Shown one piece after another: positions 9,683 to 22,600 of a stretch of 64,000 bases of DNA. A program made the position numbers and the translations under genes. Origin of the DNA: an uncultured Coriobacteriaceae bacterium (GTDB taxonomy: Bacteria; Actinomycetota; Coriobacteriia; Coriobacteriales; Atopobiaceae). How positions within the stretch are numbered: position 1 is the stretch's first letter; each line of letters starts with the position of its first letter. The stretch lies in assembly GCA_902772435.1 (NCBI GenBank), contig CACYAX010000001.1, positions 4,987 to 68,986 on the forward strand, written 5' to 3'. The notes beneath the pieces were generated by a model. That model worked only from the letters and a program-made list of their open reading frames with translations, did not search any database and was not told the DNA's origin.

Positions 9683-9764
9683 GAAACACCACCGGCTATC
9701 CCTCACAAAGGGTTAGCCGGTTTTTATGATACGAGGGCTTTTGTCCAAGAGGGGTTAGGTAGCG

Positions 9765-10136
9765 ATGGCCAACAAAGATCGTCAGAAGAGGAGCGAACGC
9801 CAGGCTCGAGCGAGGGAGCGCGAGGCCCTTGAGGCCGCCCGCGCGGCGTCTGTTCCTGCTAACGCCAAGAAGGACAGCAAGGCCCTCAAGGCCGAGCCCA
9901 AGAAGAGCGAGAAGGCTCTGGTCAAGGGCCAGAAGCCGGGCCTGATCACGCGCGCCAAGACCTACATCCATGACGTGCGCGTCGAGATGCACCGCGTGGT
10001 GTGGCCGTCTAAGGCCGAGCTCAAGGACTACTCCGTGGCCGTCATCGCCACGCTGCTGATCTTCGGCGTGTCGCTTTGGCTGGTCGACACGGGTGTCGTG
10101 GCGCTTCTCGTGGCGTTCACGAGCCTGAGGGGGTAA
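9765..10136 (+). CDS. secE: Preprotein translocase subunit SecE
   Basis: 123 aa. Lys/Arg-rich N-terminus, then EMHRVVWPSKAELKDYSVAVIATLLIFG (TM). Synteny with nusG. Confidence 0.85.
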   Translation: MANKDRQKRSERQARAREREALEAARAASVPANAKKDSKALKAEPKKSEKALVKGQKPGLITRAKTYIHDVRVEMHRVVWPSKAELKDYSVAVIATLLIFGVSLWLVDTGVVALLVAFTSLRG

Positions 10137-10139
10137 GGC

Positions 10140-10688
10140 ATGGCTAAGCGTTGGTACGTCGTCCATACCTACTCTGGGTACGAGAACAAGGTCAAGAACG
10201 ACCTTGAGCATCGTATCGAGACGTATGGCATGGAAGACCAGATCGTCGACATCCAGATCCCGACCGAGGAGATCACCGAGGTCAAGGAGGGTGGCAAGCG
10301 CGAGACCAAGGAGTCCAAGGTCTTCCCTGGCTACGTGCTCGTGCGCATGGAGGTCGACGACAACTCGTGGGCCGTGGTGCGCAACACCCCGGGCGTCACG
10401 GGCTTCGTGGGCATTGATGGACGCCCCACGCCCCTGCGCCGCTCCGAGTACAACAAGATCATGCGCCGCACCAACCCGGCCGCCGCTGGCGCGCCCGTGG
10501 TGAGGCACACGGTAACCAACCTCGAGCCGGGCATGTCCGTCAAGGTCATCGACGGCCCGCTCGCGGACTTCCAGGGCACCATCTCGGAGGTCATGCCGGA
10601 CGCCGGCAAGGTCAAGGTCATGCTCACGATCTTCGGCCGCGAGACCCCCGTCGAGCTCACGCTCAACCAGGTGAAAGTATCGGCATAG
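10140..10688 (+). CDS. nusG: Transcription termination/antitermination factor NusG
   Basis: [27 protein letters not shown]... NGN plus KOW domains. Confidence 0.9.
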   Translation: MAKRWYVVHTYSGYENKVKNDLEHRIETYGMEDQIVDIQIPTEEITEVKEGGKRETKESKVFPGYVLVRMEVDDNSWAVVRNTPGVTGFVGIDGRPTPLRRSEYNKIMRRTNPAAAGAPVVRHTVTNLEPGMSVKVIDGPLADFQGTISEVMPDAGKVKVMLTIFGRETPVELTLNQVKVSA

Positions 10689-10771
10689 CAATTCACGCCC
10701 GTCTCGGTATCGGTGAGGATAGCTTCTCGGGATGGACGCGCGGATAGGATAGCAACAACAGGAGGAACACC

Positions 10772-11200
10772 ATGGCCAAGAAGAAGGTCACGCATTTTAT
10801 TAAGCTCCAGATTCCGGCCGGCAAGGCTAACCCCGCGCCTCCCGTCGGTCCCGCCCTCGGTGCCGCCCAGGTCAACATCATGCAGTTCTGCCAGCAGTTC
10901 AATGCTCAGACCTCTGACAAGGCTGGCGACATCATCCCGGTCGAGATCACGGTCTATGAGGACCGCAGCTTCGACTTCATCTGCAAGACCCCGCCTGCGG
11001 CCCAGCTCATCAAGAAGGCCCTCGGCCTCCAGAGCGGTTCCGGCGTGCCCCAGCGCGACAAGGTCGGCCAGCTGACCCAGGAGCAGCTCACCCAGATCGC
11101 CGAGACCAAGATGCCGGACCTCAACGCCAACGACATCGAGGCCGCCAAGAAGATCATCGCCGGCACCGCCCGCTCCATGGGCGTCACCATCGCCGAGTAA
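10772..11200 (+). CDS. rplK: 50S ribosomal protein L11
   Basis: 142 aa, [20 protein letters not shown] motif. Confidence 0.95.
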   Translation: MAKKKVTHFIKLQIPAGKANPAPPVGPALGAAQVNIMQFCQQFNAQTSDKAGDIIPVEITVYEDRSFDFICKTPPAAQLIKKALGLQSGSGVPQRDKVGQLTQEQLTQIAETKMPDLNANDIEAAKKIIAGTARSMGVTIAE

Positions 11201-11295
11201 CTTGGGTTTTGGGGCGTCGCACCCGCGGCGCCAAACAATAGTGGGAGGGCATCGGCGCCCGCAAACCACGCGACTACCACTAGGAGGTAGCAATT

Positions 11296-12000
11296 ATGCC
11301 GAAGCATGGTAAGAAGTACAAGGAGCAGGCAGCCAAGGTCGGTAGGGAGCTCTACAGCCCCAAGGCCGCCATGGAGCTCGTGAAGGAGCTCGCTGCCGCC
11401 AAGTTCGACGAGACCGTCGAGGTCTCCGTGCGCCTGGGTGTCGACACCCGTAAGGCCGACCAGAACGTCCGTGGTTCCATCAGCCTGCCCAACGGCACCG
11501 GCAAGGAGGTCCGCGTGGCCGTCTTCGCCGAGGGCGAGAAGGCTCGCGAGGCCGAGGCCGCTGGCGCTGACGTCATCGGCTCCGACGACCTCGTCGCCCA
11601 GATCCAGGCCGGCAACCTCAACTTCGACGCCGCCATCGCCACGCCCAACATGATGGGCAAGGTCGGCCGCCTCGGCCGTATCCTCGGTCCCCGTGGCCTC
11701 ATGCCGAACCCCAAGCTCGGTACCGTCACCATGGACGTCGCCCGCATGGTCAAGGAGCTCAAGGCTGGTCGTGTCGAGTATCGTGCCGACCGTTACGGCA
11801 TCTGCCACGTGCCCGTGGGCAAGGTTTCCTTCTCCACCGAGAAGCTTGTCGAGAACTACGGTGCGCTCTTCACCGAGCTGCTCCGCGTGAAGCCGTCCAC
11901 CGCTAAGGGCCGCTACGTCAAGTCCGTCACCTTCTCCTCCACGATGGGCCCCGGCGTTAAGGTTGACCCGCTGCGCACCCGCAACTTCATGGAGGACTAA
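11296..12000 (+). CDS. rplA: 50S ribosomal protein L1
   Basis: 234 aa, typical L1 sequence ([24 protein letters not shown]). Confidence 0.95.
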   Translation: MPKHGKKYKEQAAKVGRELYSPKAAMELVKELAAAKFDETVEVSVRLGVDTRKADQNVRGSISLPNGTGKEVRVAVFAEGEKAREAEAAGADVIGSDDLVAQIQAGNLNFDAAIATPNMMGKVGRLGRILGPRGLMPNPKLGTVTMDVARMVKELKAGRVEYRADRYGICHVPVGKVSFSTEKLVENYGALFTELLRVKPSTAKGRYVKSVTFSSTMGPGVKVDPLRTRNFMED

Positions 12001-12027
12001 GCTCCTGCCATCAGTGCATGCTTCCAA

Positions 12028-12056
12028 CTGGCCCGCCTCGTGCGGGCCAGTTTTGT
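12028..12056 (+). terminator. Hairpin ctggcccgc/gcgggccag plus ttttgt, after rplA
   Basis: 9-bp stem and a T-run. Confidence 0.6.
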
Positions 12057-12096
12057 ACGGCGCGTCTGTGTGCGCTTCGTGTCCGCAAACTCCCGC

Positions 12097-12125
12097 TTGA
12101 CAGAGATCTTCTGAGCTGCAACAAT
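12097..12125 (+). promoter_or_regulatory. Candidate promoter TTGACA, 17 nt, AACAAT for rplJL
   Basis: Consensus -35, moderate -10. Confidence 0.4.
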
Positions 12126-12334
12126 AGCTTTTGCTCGCAAGAGCGCACACACATTGCACGTCCGCTGCCAAAGACAGCCGGTGCCGCAAGGCTTAAAGGG
12201 GATGCCCGCCTGCCGAGGTGGTCTAGAAGATTCGCACCTTTGAGACCCCGTTTGGCTGCGCCAGGCGGGGTCTTTGCGTAAAGGGCCCGCCCAGTGGCGG
12301 AAGTGCCCGAACGCACCACAAGGAGGTGAATCAC
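12126..12334 (+). promoter_or_regulatory. Probable L10(L12)4 autoregulatory leader, including the attenuator-like hairpin gaccccg..cggggtc plus tttg (about 12245-12277)
   Basis: Long structured 5' UTR in the position where L10 leaders occur in Gram-positives. No covariance model was run. Confidence 0.35.
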
Positions 12335-12770
12335 ATGCCAGCACAGTCAAAGTACGAGATGCTCGAGAAGGTTACCGCCTCTCTCGAGGCTTCGAAGGGT
12401 TTCTACGTCGTGGACTACCGCGGCCTCACCGTCAAGGAGGCCGAGGAGCTTCGTCGCCAGCTCCGCGCAAGCGGCGCCAACTTACGTGTTCTTCGGTGAT
12501 GATCCGGTCAGCCCGGCAAAGGCCCTGAAGGAGTTCGCGAAGACCACCAAGAAGACCCAGGTCCTCGGTGGTATCGCAGATGGCCAGGCCCTCACCGCTG
12601 ACGAGGCTATCGCTTACGCGGAGCTTCCGAGCTACGAGGAGCTCATGGGCCAGCTCGTGTACGTCATCGCAAGCCCGCTCCGTGGCCTCATGTCCGTCAT
12701 CAACGGCCCCGCCCGCGGTCTGGCGCTCGCCCTCAAGGCGATTTCCGAGAAGGAGCAGGAGGCTGCATAA
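12335..12770 (+). pseudogene. rplJ: 50S ribosomal protein L10, interrupted as written by an internal out-of-frame deletion near 12486-12490
   Basis: The N-terminal 52 codons (MPAQSKYEMLEKV...RQLRASGANLRV) run into TGA at 12497. The C-terminal 93 codons (FFGDDPVSPAKALKEFAK...EKEQEAA) are in another frame. The usual KNTL...GPTA segment is missing. Confidence 0.85.
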
Positions 12771-12844
12771 GAGCCGCCTAGCCTGCACCACGCACAACGC
12801 ACAAGGATGCCAAAGGGCGTCCGCTACCAAAAAGGAGTTTTGAA

Positions 12845-13213
12845 ATGACTATCGATGAGCTCGTTGCCGAGATTGAGAAGATGACCCTGCTCGAGGCCGC
12901 TGACCTCGTCCACGCCCTCGAGGACAAGTTCGGCGTCTCCGCCGCCGCCCCCGTGGCCGTCGCCGCCGCTCCTGCCGCCGCCGCTGAGGAGGTCGAGGAG
13001 AAGACCAACTTTGACGTCGAGCTGACCGCTTTCGGCAGCAACAAGATCGCCGTCATCAAGGTCGTCCGTGCCCTCACCTCCCTTGGCCTCAAGGAGGCCA
13101 AGGAGGCCGTCGAGAGCGCCCCGAAGGTGCTGCTCGAGGGTGCCAAGAAGGAGGACGCCGAGGCTGCCAAGGCCAAGCTCGAGGAGGCCGGCGCCACCGT
13201 CACCCTGAAGTAA
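12845..13213 (+). CDS. rplL: 50S ribosomal protein L7/L12
   Basis: 122 aa with an Ala-rich hinge and C-terminal [40 protein letters not shown]. Confidence 0.95.
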   Translation: MTIDELVAEIEKMTLLEAADLVHALEDKFGVSAAAPVAVAAAPAAAAEEVEEKTNFDVELTAFGSNKIAVIKVVRALTSLGLKEAKEAVESAPKVLLEGAKKEDAEAAKAKLEEAGATVTLK

Positions 13214-13239
13214 ATAACTTCTGGTACATGGTTTTGCCA

Positions 13240-13272
13240 GGGGCCGAGCGTGCGCGCTCGGCCCCTCTTTTG
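13240..13272 (+). terminator. Rho-independent terminator after rplL (ggggccgagcg..cgctcggcccc plus tcttttgtg)
   Basis: 11-bp GC stem and a T-tract. Confidence 0.75.
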
Positions 13273-13640
13273 TGTATGGGGAATCGAATCCCGCATAGCG
13301 CGCGTTCAAACAGGCTGGTCTTAGGTGCATGCGGACCAACGCAGGGGTGGGCATGACGATGCGCCAAGAGCACGCGCACCAGCGAGCACGCCGTACCCGA
13401 TGCGGATATGGTGCGAAGCGCGGGCCTCATGGAGGGGTGCCTTTCATTCTGCCTGCATGACCGTGCACTTCGGCTTTACGCTGGCTCAAGGTTTAATGTC
13501 GTACTCAAGCTGCACCTGAGAGTAATCGAATCCTATCTTGCGGGGGTCTTAAAGGTAGTCTGTGATAAGCTGAAAAGTGCTAAAACGAAACAGAATGCTC
13601 GCGAGATTTGTTTGATGAAGCGGGAACACGGAGAATACCC

Positions 13641-16600
13641 ATGATGGCGTCCAAAACGGAGCACAAACGGAGCAATCGCCTAAGGGCATCCGGCTCGGAA
13701 GGAATGCGGCCCATGAATGGAAGACGGAAGACACTGACCATTCTTGTGTCGGTCGCAATGCTGCTGTCCATGCTGCCCACTAACGCGTTGGCGGAGATGG
13801 TCGGCATTGACGGTGGGTCAGCTGAGGTTGTCGAGACTCCAACTAGCGTGATCGACGAGAGTGGGGTTGAGGCGCCAGGCGCGGACGAGGCGCCTGCGGC
13901 AGGCGATACCGATGTCGAGTCCGAAGTGGCCCAAGAAATCGCGGCCAGCGATGGCGAGTCTCTTGTGGCGGAAGCTGCAACCGAGGACGAAGCCGCAGCC
14001 GAAGGGACTGTCGCCGACGAGCCAAGAGACGACGCCACGTCAAACGACTATGCCGAAGCCGAGCCTGTCGCCGGGTCCGAGGCGTATCTGTCTGGGACGC
14101 TGTCTGTCGAGGGGCTCGACTATGCCGTCTCCGTAGACCCGACCGAAGACGCCAAGCTTCCCGCCAATGCCCAGCTTGTGGTCAGCGAAGTCAGTGGTGC
14201 CGCGTATGACGAATACGTCGCTCAGGCCGAATCCGCGCTCGGCAAGGGCGCCCTCTCCATCGGCCGCATCTTCGACATCGGCTTCGAGGTTGAAGGAGAG
14301 TCCGTCGAACCCGCCTCTGAGGTCTCCGTACACATACGCCTCGCCAACGCCGAGGAGGAGGCCGCTAAGGTCCTCCACATCACTGATGAGGGCGTTGAGG
14401 TCATCGTGCCCGATTCCGCTCCAGAGGGTTCCGAGAGCGTTGACTTCACCGTCGAGCAGCTGTCGCCGTTCCTGATGCAGAAGAGGAACGCGAAGGGGGG
14501 CGAGCAGGGCATCATCACCGATTTCAATACCGAAGTCATCTACGGCGGTTCTTGGACCGACGGCAAGTACGTCTGGAATGCCGCCTCGTCCGCCTCGGGC
14601 CACCACTTCAACTTCCGCATCAGCTTCGGCGTCGACAAACCTGCCGGCTCTGAGGCAGCCGACATCGTCTATCCGGCCGAGAGCATCAAGATCACCGTCC
14701 CTGCTCAGATCCTGCACGACCGCAATGGCGCGTTTGCTGACACCATCGACATGTCCGTGCCCCTCAAGGAAGACCTCGAGCAGGCCATCGCTGACGGTGA
14801 GGAACTCGATGACGACATGAGCTTCGCCTACTACGTGGAGCTTGATGACGAGGGCAATCCCACGGGCAACCTCGTGCTCTACAACTTCCGCGAGGTGGAG
14901 CCGGGCTTTGACGGCTACATCGAGCTCGGCTACGTCACGTCCGAGAAGACCTTTGAGTATGAGGACATGTGCGAGTCAGACCCGTTCTGGGCAACCATCG
15001 AGGTCGTGGACCCCACGAGCGAGACGGGCGAGAAGGAGGTCCATACCACCAAGCTCCTCGAAGAGGGCGAGGAGGAAGACCCTGACGTCGACTACATCGA
15101 CGACCAGGACTACACCGTGTGGATCAACACCCAGGCGAGCATGCTCTCCACCGAGAAGCGCATCCCTACCAAGTACGACAGCTGGCAGAGCAACTGGGGG
15201 ACAGCTCCCGATGATGCGGCCGACTACAACTACCTCATCTATGAGGTCCGTAGCCGCATAAACGACTGCTCGCAGAAGTACACCTTCACGCTTGACGACG
15301 AGTACACCAAGCTCATCTCAGGCAACAACAGCGGTGACGTCCAAGCTGACTCCAGCACCGTCAAGATCATGGGCTACATATTCAGTGGCAGCTCTACGGC
15401 GCAGCAGCAGAACTTCGTCACCGACCAGACCATCCGCGACATCCGCTACGACTACGTGATCGTGGGATTCCAGAACAGCTACTGGAACAGCTACACGCAC
15501 TGGGACGTGGTGAACAAGATCACTGCGACGGTCACGCCCGATGACGGCATCGACGAGCCTACCTCGGGCACGTCGACGCGCCGCTTCAACTGGAACAAGC
15601 CCATCTTTGATGGCGGCGGCGGAGGCTTTAACTCCCGCATCACGGCCGACGGTTACTATCGCAACCGTGCGGACCAGGACCTGTGGCCGCGTGAGTACCT
15701 GACGAGCCTCGGCATGGTTGCGGGCTACTACACGCGCTTCGACCTCGCCGACCTGCAAAGTGGCAGAGTCGAGTATCTTGACAACATCGATTACGCGCAC
15801 TGGGGCGAGGGTTATCCCATCTCCTGGACGCGCGACTCCTCCATTGGCGGAGAGCTTTGGGAGCAGTACTTCCAGAACCCTGTCAAATACGAGGTCTACC
15901 TCGACAACTTCTCTATCTTCAACGGCGACCAGAACGTGGGCACTGCCGAGAAGACCCAGCTCCAGCCGGGTGACTACCAGATCGATACGCTTGCATTCTC
16001 CGTCTCCTGCTATGACCGCGCGTATAACGAGAGCACTGCCGCCTTCGACAAGAAGACCGCTACGACCTACCTCGAAGACGAGGTTCTTACGTTCTACGGC
16101 AAGTTTGGCGAAAGCGACGAGTGGACGGCTTTCGCAACACGCGATGCCGCGACGGGCACGGTCACCGTTCTCGATTCTTCGCTTGCCACTTTCTCGGGCA
16201 ACAAGTTCACCTTTGCCGAAGGCGCTGCCTGCACGGGCTACAAGGTCGAGACGACCAACAAACACTATTACTGGCGTGTCAACCTCGTTCCCAACCTGCG
16301 CCTCATCGGCTCTGACAACGTGAAAGACTTCATCAACGGGACCGATGAGGACGGAAACCCCATCGAGTGCATCGGCATCTACGCCAAGGGCCGCGAGAAC
16401 ATCTACAGCCACCTGTCCGCGTTCGATGCCAAGGTCGCGGCCCTCATGAAAGCTGACAGCAGCCTCACCCAGGCCGATGCTGAGGCACAGGCTGAGGAGC
16501 TCGGCCTCTCCAAGGAGGGCTTCACCAACCTCGTGTGGAACGCGAATCCTGCCGATACCGACTACCTGCGCGTGGTCCAGCGTGAGGTGAAACTGAACAA

Positions 16601-19600
16601 GGACGTCACCGCGACGGCCAACAACGCCACCAAGCGCCAGTACACCCTTACCTGGCAGGTCGACTTCGAGGAAACCTCCACGGTAGGCGATGGCACCGAG
16701 CATGAGCCCGTCGAGCAGTCCAGTGGCGTGTTCTACGACCTGCTGCCCCAGGGCGCGACGCTCAACGAGGACACCGTCATGGTGGTGACCGAGGACGGCG
16801 CCCTGCGCTCCAATGCTTTCACCATCGAGCAGCACGACAATTACAAGGGCACGGGCCGCACGCTGCTCGTGGTCCGCGTGAAGGAGTCTGCCGACTTCTA
16901 CCAGCTTTTCTTCGAGACGGTCCACTCCTATGCCTCCATCAAGGACTACGGTTCCGAGGTCTATAACCCCATTGCCTATCAGACCGGCAACCTCGACATC
17001 TCCGATGGCGTTACGGACAGCGACCCCAACAAGGAGACCGTGCAGAGCACCGATCTCGTTCCCGACCCGCTCGACGATGCCGGGCTCATGACGGACATCG
17101 TCAAGGAGATCACGGGTGAGGATGACGACTCGGGTCGCACCTTCGTGTACAACGAGCGTCTCTATGACATCGTGACCATCACCGCCGCCGCGTCGGGCCT
17201 TTCCAAGAAGATCAAGGCCCCCAGCACGAGCGACTATGTCAATGAGGCCCTCGTCCAGAACGAGGGAAGCTACAGCTACCGTCTGCGCTACCAGAACAGT
17301 TACGCGGGCGAAGCGAAGAGCCTCGTGTTCTACGACAACCTTGAGTCCTACGAGGGCAAGCGCGCGAGCGATTGGCAGGGCACGCTCCAGGCAATCGACT
17401 TCTCCGCCCTCGACCTGTCGCTCGTGGCTCCCGAAGTCTACGTGAGCGAGAACGCAGTCGACACCTCCAACGCCGACAACCGCGACCTCACCAACGAAGA
17501 CGTCTGGACGCACGTCGACGACTACACGAACTACGACTACTCATCTGTCAGGGCAGTTGCCATCGACCTCAGCAAGAACCCCGAGGGCGAGGACTACATC
17601 ATTAACAAGGGCGCCGCCGTCTCTGTCTACCTGTACATGAAGGCGCCGGCAGGCGCGACCCGCTCGGATGGCAAGGCTGACTACCCTGAGGCTTACAACG
17701 AGGTGGCCGACAGCCATACCATCATCAAAGAGACCTCTGCGGACCAGGACGTCTACAACCAGCAGGGCCCGACCATTGCCAAGCTCGCCATCTCCAAGGA
17801 CATCAACCTCCTCAAGGTCGGCGAGGACGGCGTGGGCATCCGTAACATCTCGTTCCGCCTGGTCGGCACCTCCGACTACGGCACCGAGTACGACAAGATC
17901 GAGTACTCCGACAAGAACGGTTACGTGACCTTCAGGAAGATCGAGAAGGGCAGCTACACGTTCTCCGAGTATGAGTGCACCCCCGACTGGCTCGAGGATC
18001 ACACCGTGCACACCGTGTGGATTAGTTCTCAGGGCCACGTGTTCATCGACATGCCCGAGAGCCTGAAGACCGAGCTTGCCGCCGACGCCACGGTGGATGA
18101 GACCATCAGTTACTATGCCGAGCGCGCCGCGTATGACAAGACGAGCGTCGAGTTCGAGATCGTGAACAAGCCGCGCGTGCATGCCGACCTCACCTTCCTC
18201 AAGAGCCGTGCGCTCACCGAGGACGACAACTCCGTCAAGGGCATTCCCGAGACCACGTTCAAGCTGAGCGGAACCTCCGATTACGGCAACGAGATCACCA
18301 AGATCGTGGTTTCCAACGAGCTCGGCATCGTGTCGATCTATGACATCGAGAAGGGCACCTACACCCTCAAGGAGATTCAGGCCAATCCCGACTACGTGCT
18401 CGTGGAGACCGAGTACCGCGTGAAGATCGACGACACGGGCAACGCGACCCTCTATGCCCCGCGCGTTGACGAAGAGGGCAACCCCGTCGTTGACGTCGAG
18501 GGCAACACGGCCTACGACGAGGTCGTGGTCGACGATACCCTCTCGCAGTATCGCCTGCTCTTCAACCCCGAGCGCTACCACGACCTGATGCTGCGCAAGG
18601 TGGACGCCGACAATCCCAGCCGCTGGCTGCAGGGAGCCACCGTGCGCCTGACGGGCGCGAAGCTCGCTGACTACAACTACACCGACGATGAGGGCAACAC
18701 GGTCACCGCCACTGAGGACAACGGCAGCTACTACATCGAGACCGTGAGTGACGCCAACGGCAAGATCAGCTTCCCGCACCTCGAGGCGGGCAGCTACGTG
18801 CTTAAGGAGACCGAGGCGCCTTCGGGCGTTGACGGCGACGGTCACACCGGCACGGGCGGCACGCTCAACTACATCGCTGACAGCAACGAATACGTGGTCG
18901 TCGTCGCCGACGACGGCACGGTGACCATCGATGGCCTTGAGAAGAACAGCTTCGATGAGTACATGCTCAAGAATGCCCGCGCGCTTGACGGCGAGATCAT
19001 CGTCTACAAGCAGTGGGAAGATGACGACAATGCGGATGGCAGCCGCCCTGATGCCGCGACCATCAAGATGACCGCCGATCCCGAGAGCCTCGTCATCAAG
19101 GGTCTCACGGTCACCAAGATCTGGCAGGGCGATACCTCAGAGCTGCGTCCCGATGACCTGAACATCCAGATTTACAAGGCGCCAGGCCAGATTGACGGCT
19201 ACACCATGGTCGAGTACATCGAGGCCAACGGCGGGGCTTGGCTTGACACGGGCTTCAATCCCGATAGCAACACCACGGTTGACGCCACGATCATGATGAC
19301 GGGCAACAACAATCACCAAACGCTCTTTGGTGCGAGGAACGCGGTTTCGGGAACGCCGGCTTTCTCATTGTGTGAGGGCCACGATAAGAACACCAACCTG
19401 CTCTATTACTATGGCGCCGCGGGCCAGTGGTATGAGATGGGCAAAAAGTCCCTCACGCGAGACGTCAGCTATGACGTGCACCTAGGACCGGATGCCGTGA
19501 CGGTTTCCAACGACTTCTTCTCCTCGACCACACCGAGCGCGGAGTTCTCGGTTGACGTCTCGCTTTACATCTTTGCATACCACCATGACTCAGACGTGGT

Positions 19601-22600
19601 CTACGGCGACACGCAGGGCCGCATCTACTCCTTCCGCATCTACGACGGCAGCACGCTCGTGCGCGACTACATTCCCGTCTACGACGCGACCAACGGCGTC
19701 TACGGCCTGTACGATCTCGTGAACGGCAACTTCATCTCTTCGATCGGCACCGCGCAGTTCACGGGCCCCGAGGTGAGCACCGAGGCTGAGCTCTACGAAG
19801 AGAGCACGGGCAACGACAACGTGACCATCATCAAGGTGGGTAACGTCTGGACCTATACGTTCACTGACATCACTATCGACGGCAAGCAGAACTTCTTTGC
19901 CTGCGAGGCTGCGGCTCCTGAGGGCTATACCGGCTCAAACGTGGGCGCCAGCAACCTCGCGGCGGTCCAGTCCGGCAAGGCGACGATCACCAACGCCTAT
20001 GAGTCCGCGACCGACTATGAATACACGGGAGCCGTCCAGACCTTCACGGCCCCCGTCACGGGCGACTACAAGCTCGAGGCTTGGGGTGCCCAGGGCGGTA
20101 ACTCTGCGGGCAACAAAAGCGTGCAAAAGCCCGTGTATTACGGATTGGGCGGTAGAGGCGCCTACACTTCGGGCACCATCAGGCTCACTGCAGGCCAGAC
20201 CATCTATGTCTACGTTGGTGGACGCAACAATGGCCCCTATAGGTATGACGCCAACGGCAGGGTCGCAAGCGGCGATGACGCACCCGCGGCCTTCAATGGC
20301 GGAGGCGGCGGAAACCATGACCACAGCGGTCGTGAATCAGGCTCACCGGAGAGTGGTGGCTCTGGTGGCGGTGCGACCGACTTCCGCCTGACGGTGTCCA
20401 CTGCCGATGATGGCTGGAGCGGTTTTGACTCACTGAAGACACGCATCATGGTCGCCGCTGGTGGCGGCGGTTCCGCCGACCAGCAGACCGGCGGCTACGG
20501 TGGTGCCCTGACGGGCGGTAATGCACTCGGCAATGCCTATGGCGCCACGCAGAATACGGGCTTTGGTTTCGGCGTGGGCCAAACATCGACATATAAATGG
20601 TCCAACAAGGACGGCGGAGGTGCTGGCGGCGGATACTACGGCGGATTCGCGCAGACAAACGCTAGCCATGGCCGCGGAAACTACTCCAACGCGGGCGCCG
20701 GCGGCTCGTCCTTCGTGTCCGGCTATGAGGGCTGCGACGCCATCGCCGAGAGCTCTACGGCTGCCAGCATCGTTCATACGGGATCTTCTGAGCATTACTC
20801 CGGCATCGTGTTCAGCGACCCGGTCATGCTCGCGGGCAACCAGGCGATCACCGAGCCGGATGGAAGCAGCTCCACTGGTCACGAGGGCGATGGCCACGCG
20901 CGCGTCACGCTCGTGGTGGACACCAACTCATCAACCGACGGCTCTTCGAGCTCCGATGACGCGAGCTCCGACACGATGCTCCCCGTCGCGGAGTACATGA
21001 CCGAGACCGATGGCTGGGAGTACGTTGAGGGCAACCCCAACATGCAGAAGTACGTCTTCAAGGTCTTCAACGACGAGGGCACGTACTACCTCGAGGAGCT
21101 TACTGACGCTGAGCACCTGCCCGAGGGCTACACCTGCGACATGGACTACCAGGTGCTCGACGGAACCAAGCAGAAGTCGGTCATCTTCACCAACCGCAAG
21201 GCGGGCGCCTACGGTGACCTCGAGATCACCAAGACCGTCGAGGGCCTCGATGACTCGAACCAGAAGTTTGAGATCACCGTCACCCTCTCTGACGGCGACG
21301 GCACCAAGATTGACGAGGCCGGCAGCACCATCATCGACGGCATCGCCTTTACCAACGGCGCGGCGACCTTCTCGCTGGCCGACGGCGAGAAGGCGACCAT
21401 CCATAACATCCCGCTGAACGTGGCGTACACGGTCTCCGAGGCAGCGAACCCCAACTTCAACAACGGCGCAGCGCTAGCCGACCAGACTGGCACCATTCAG
21501 CCAAACACCACGACGACCGATGACGAGGGCAACACCGTGACGGAGCCCGGCAACAAGGTTGCGCTCACCAACGTCTATACGTATAAGGCAGAGACCGTGC
21601 CGTTGACCATCTCCAAGGTCGTGACGGGCTCCAAGCTCGGTAGCGAGGACGTGGAGTACCCGTTCTTCGTATCCTTCACCAACCTTGCCAAGAACTTCGA
21701 ATACGTGCTCCTGAGCACTGACGGTGCCACCGAGTATGCCCGCTTCACCTCCGATGACAGCGGCAACGCCACGGTGTCCTTCAAGCTCAAGGACGGCGAG
21801 AGCGCCGTGCTCGCGGACTCCTACGCGATTCCGGTCGATGCTACCTACCAGGTAACCGAGAACGAGGGAGACTACGTCGCCTCCTTCTCCATCAAGGACG
21901 CGGGCGCGGAGTCCCAGGGCAGCATCCTGCAGTCCGCGAAGGAGAACACCGCGTCCCAGACCTCGCTGACCACGGAAAACGAGGTCGCGGAGTCGGACGA
22001 GGACGTGACCATTACCTACACGAACAAGCTCAGCTACACGCATGACCTCACGCTCGCCAAGGTTGTTGACGCACAGGGCACCACGGTGCCGGCGGGCCAG
22101 ACCTTCGAGTTCACGGTCCGCTTCGAGGGGCTGGAATCCGAGCAGGCCATCGACACCACGATCGGCCGATGGGTCGCCGACGACGAGGGCGTGGTCGAGA
22201 AGACCTTCAACCTCAAGGACGCCGGCACGGTGACCTTCAAGAAGCTGCCGGTGGGCACCAAGTACACCATCACGGAGGCCAAGGCGGGCGGTTACATTGC
22301 CAGCTATGAGATCACGGCGGAAGACGAGGATGCCCTCGTGGCCGTCAAGGCCGAGGACGCAAACGAGGCTGCCGGCAAGGCGCTTGCCACCGCTCAGGAG
22401 ACCGTGAACAAGAACGAGGTCGCCACGGTGACCTTCACCAACACGCGTGCGATGGGCGAGCTTACCCTCGAGAAGCAGGTTGAGGGCAAGACGACCAGCA
22501 AGAAGTTTGAGTTTGAGCTCTACATCCCCGACCTGGTGCGCCAGAAGACGTCGTATGAGGCCTATCTGAACACGGACGGCACGCCCGTAAGCCAAGGCAC

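Noticed and set aside
13608-13640. TTG start at 13608 for the giant adhesin, and similar extended track starts (2151, 24788, 28435, 37464, 39685, 44558, 45657, 49736, 51799, 60554, 6466, 742)
   Set aside because: Internal ATG/GTG codons with proper Shine-Dalgarno spacing, signal peptides or conserved N-termini lie downstream. The extensions overlap upstream genes, hairpins or promoters.
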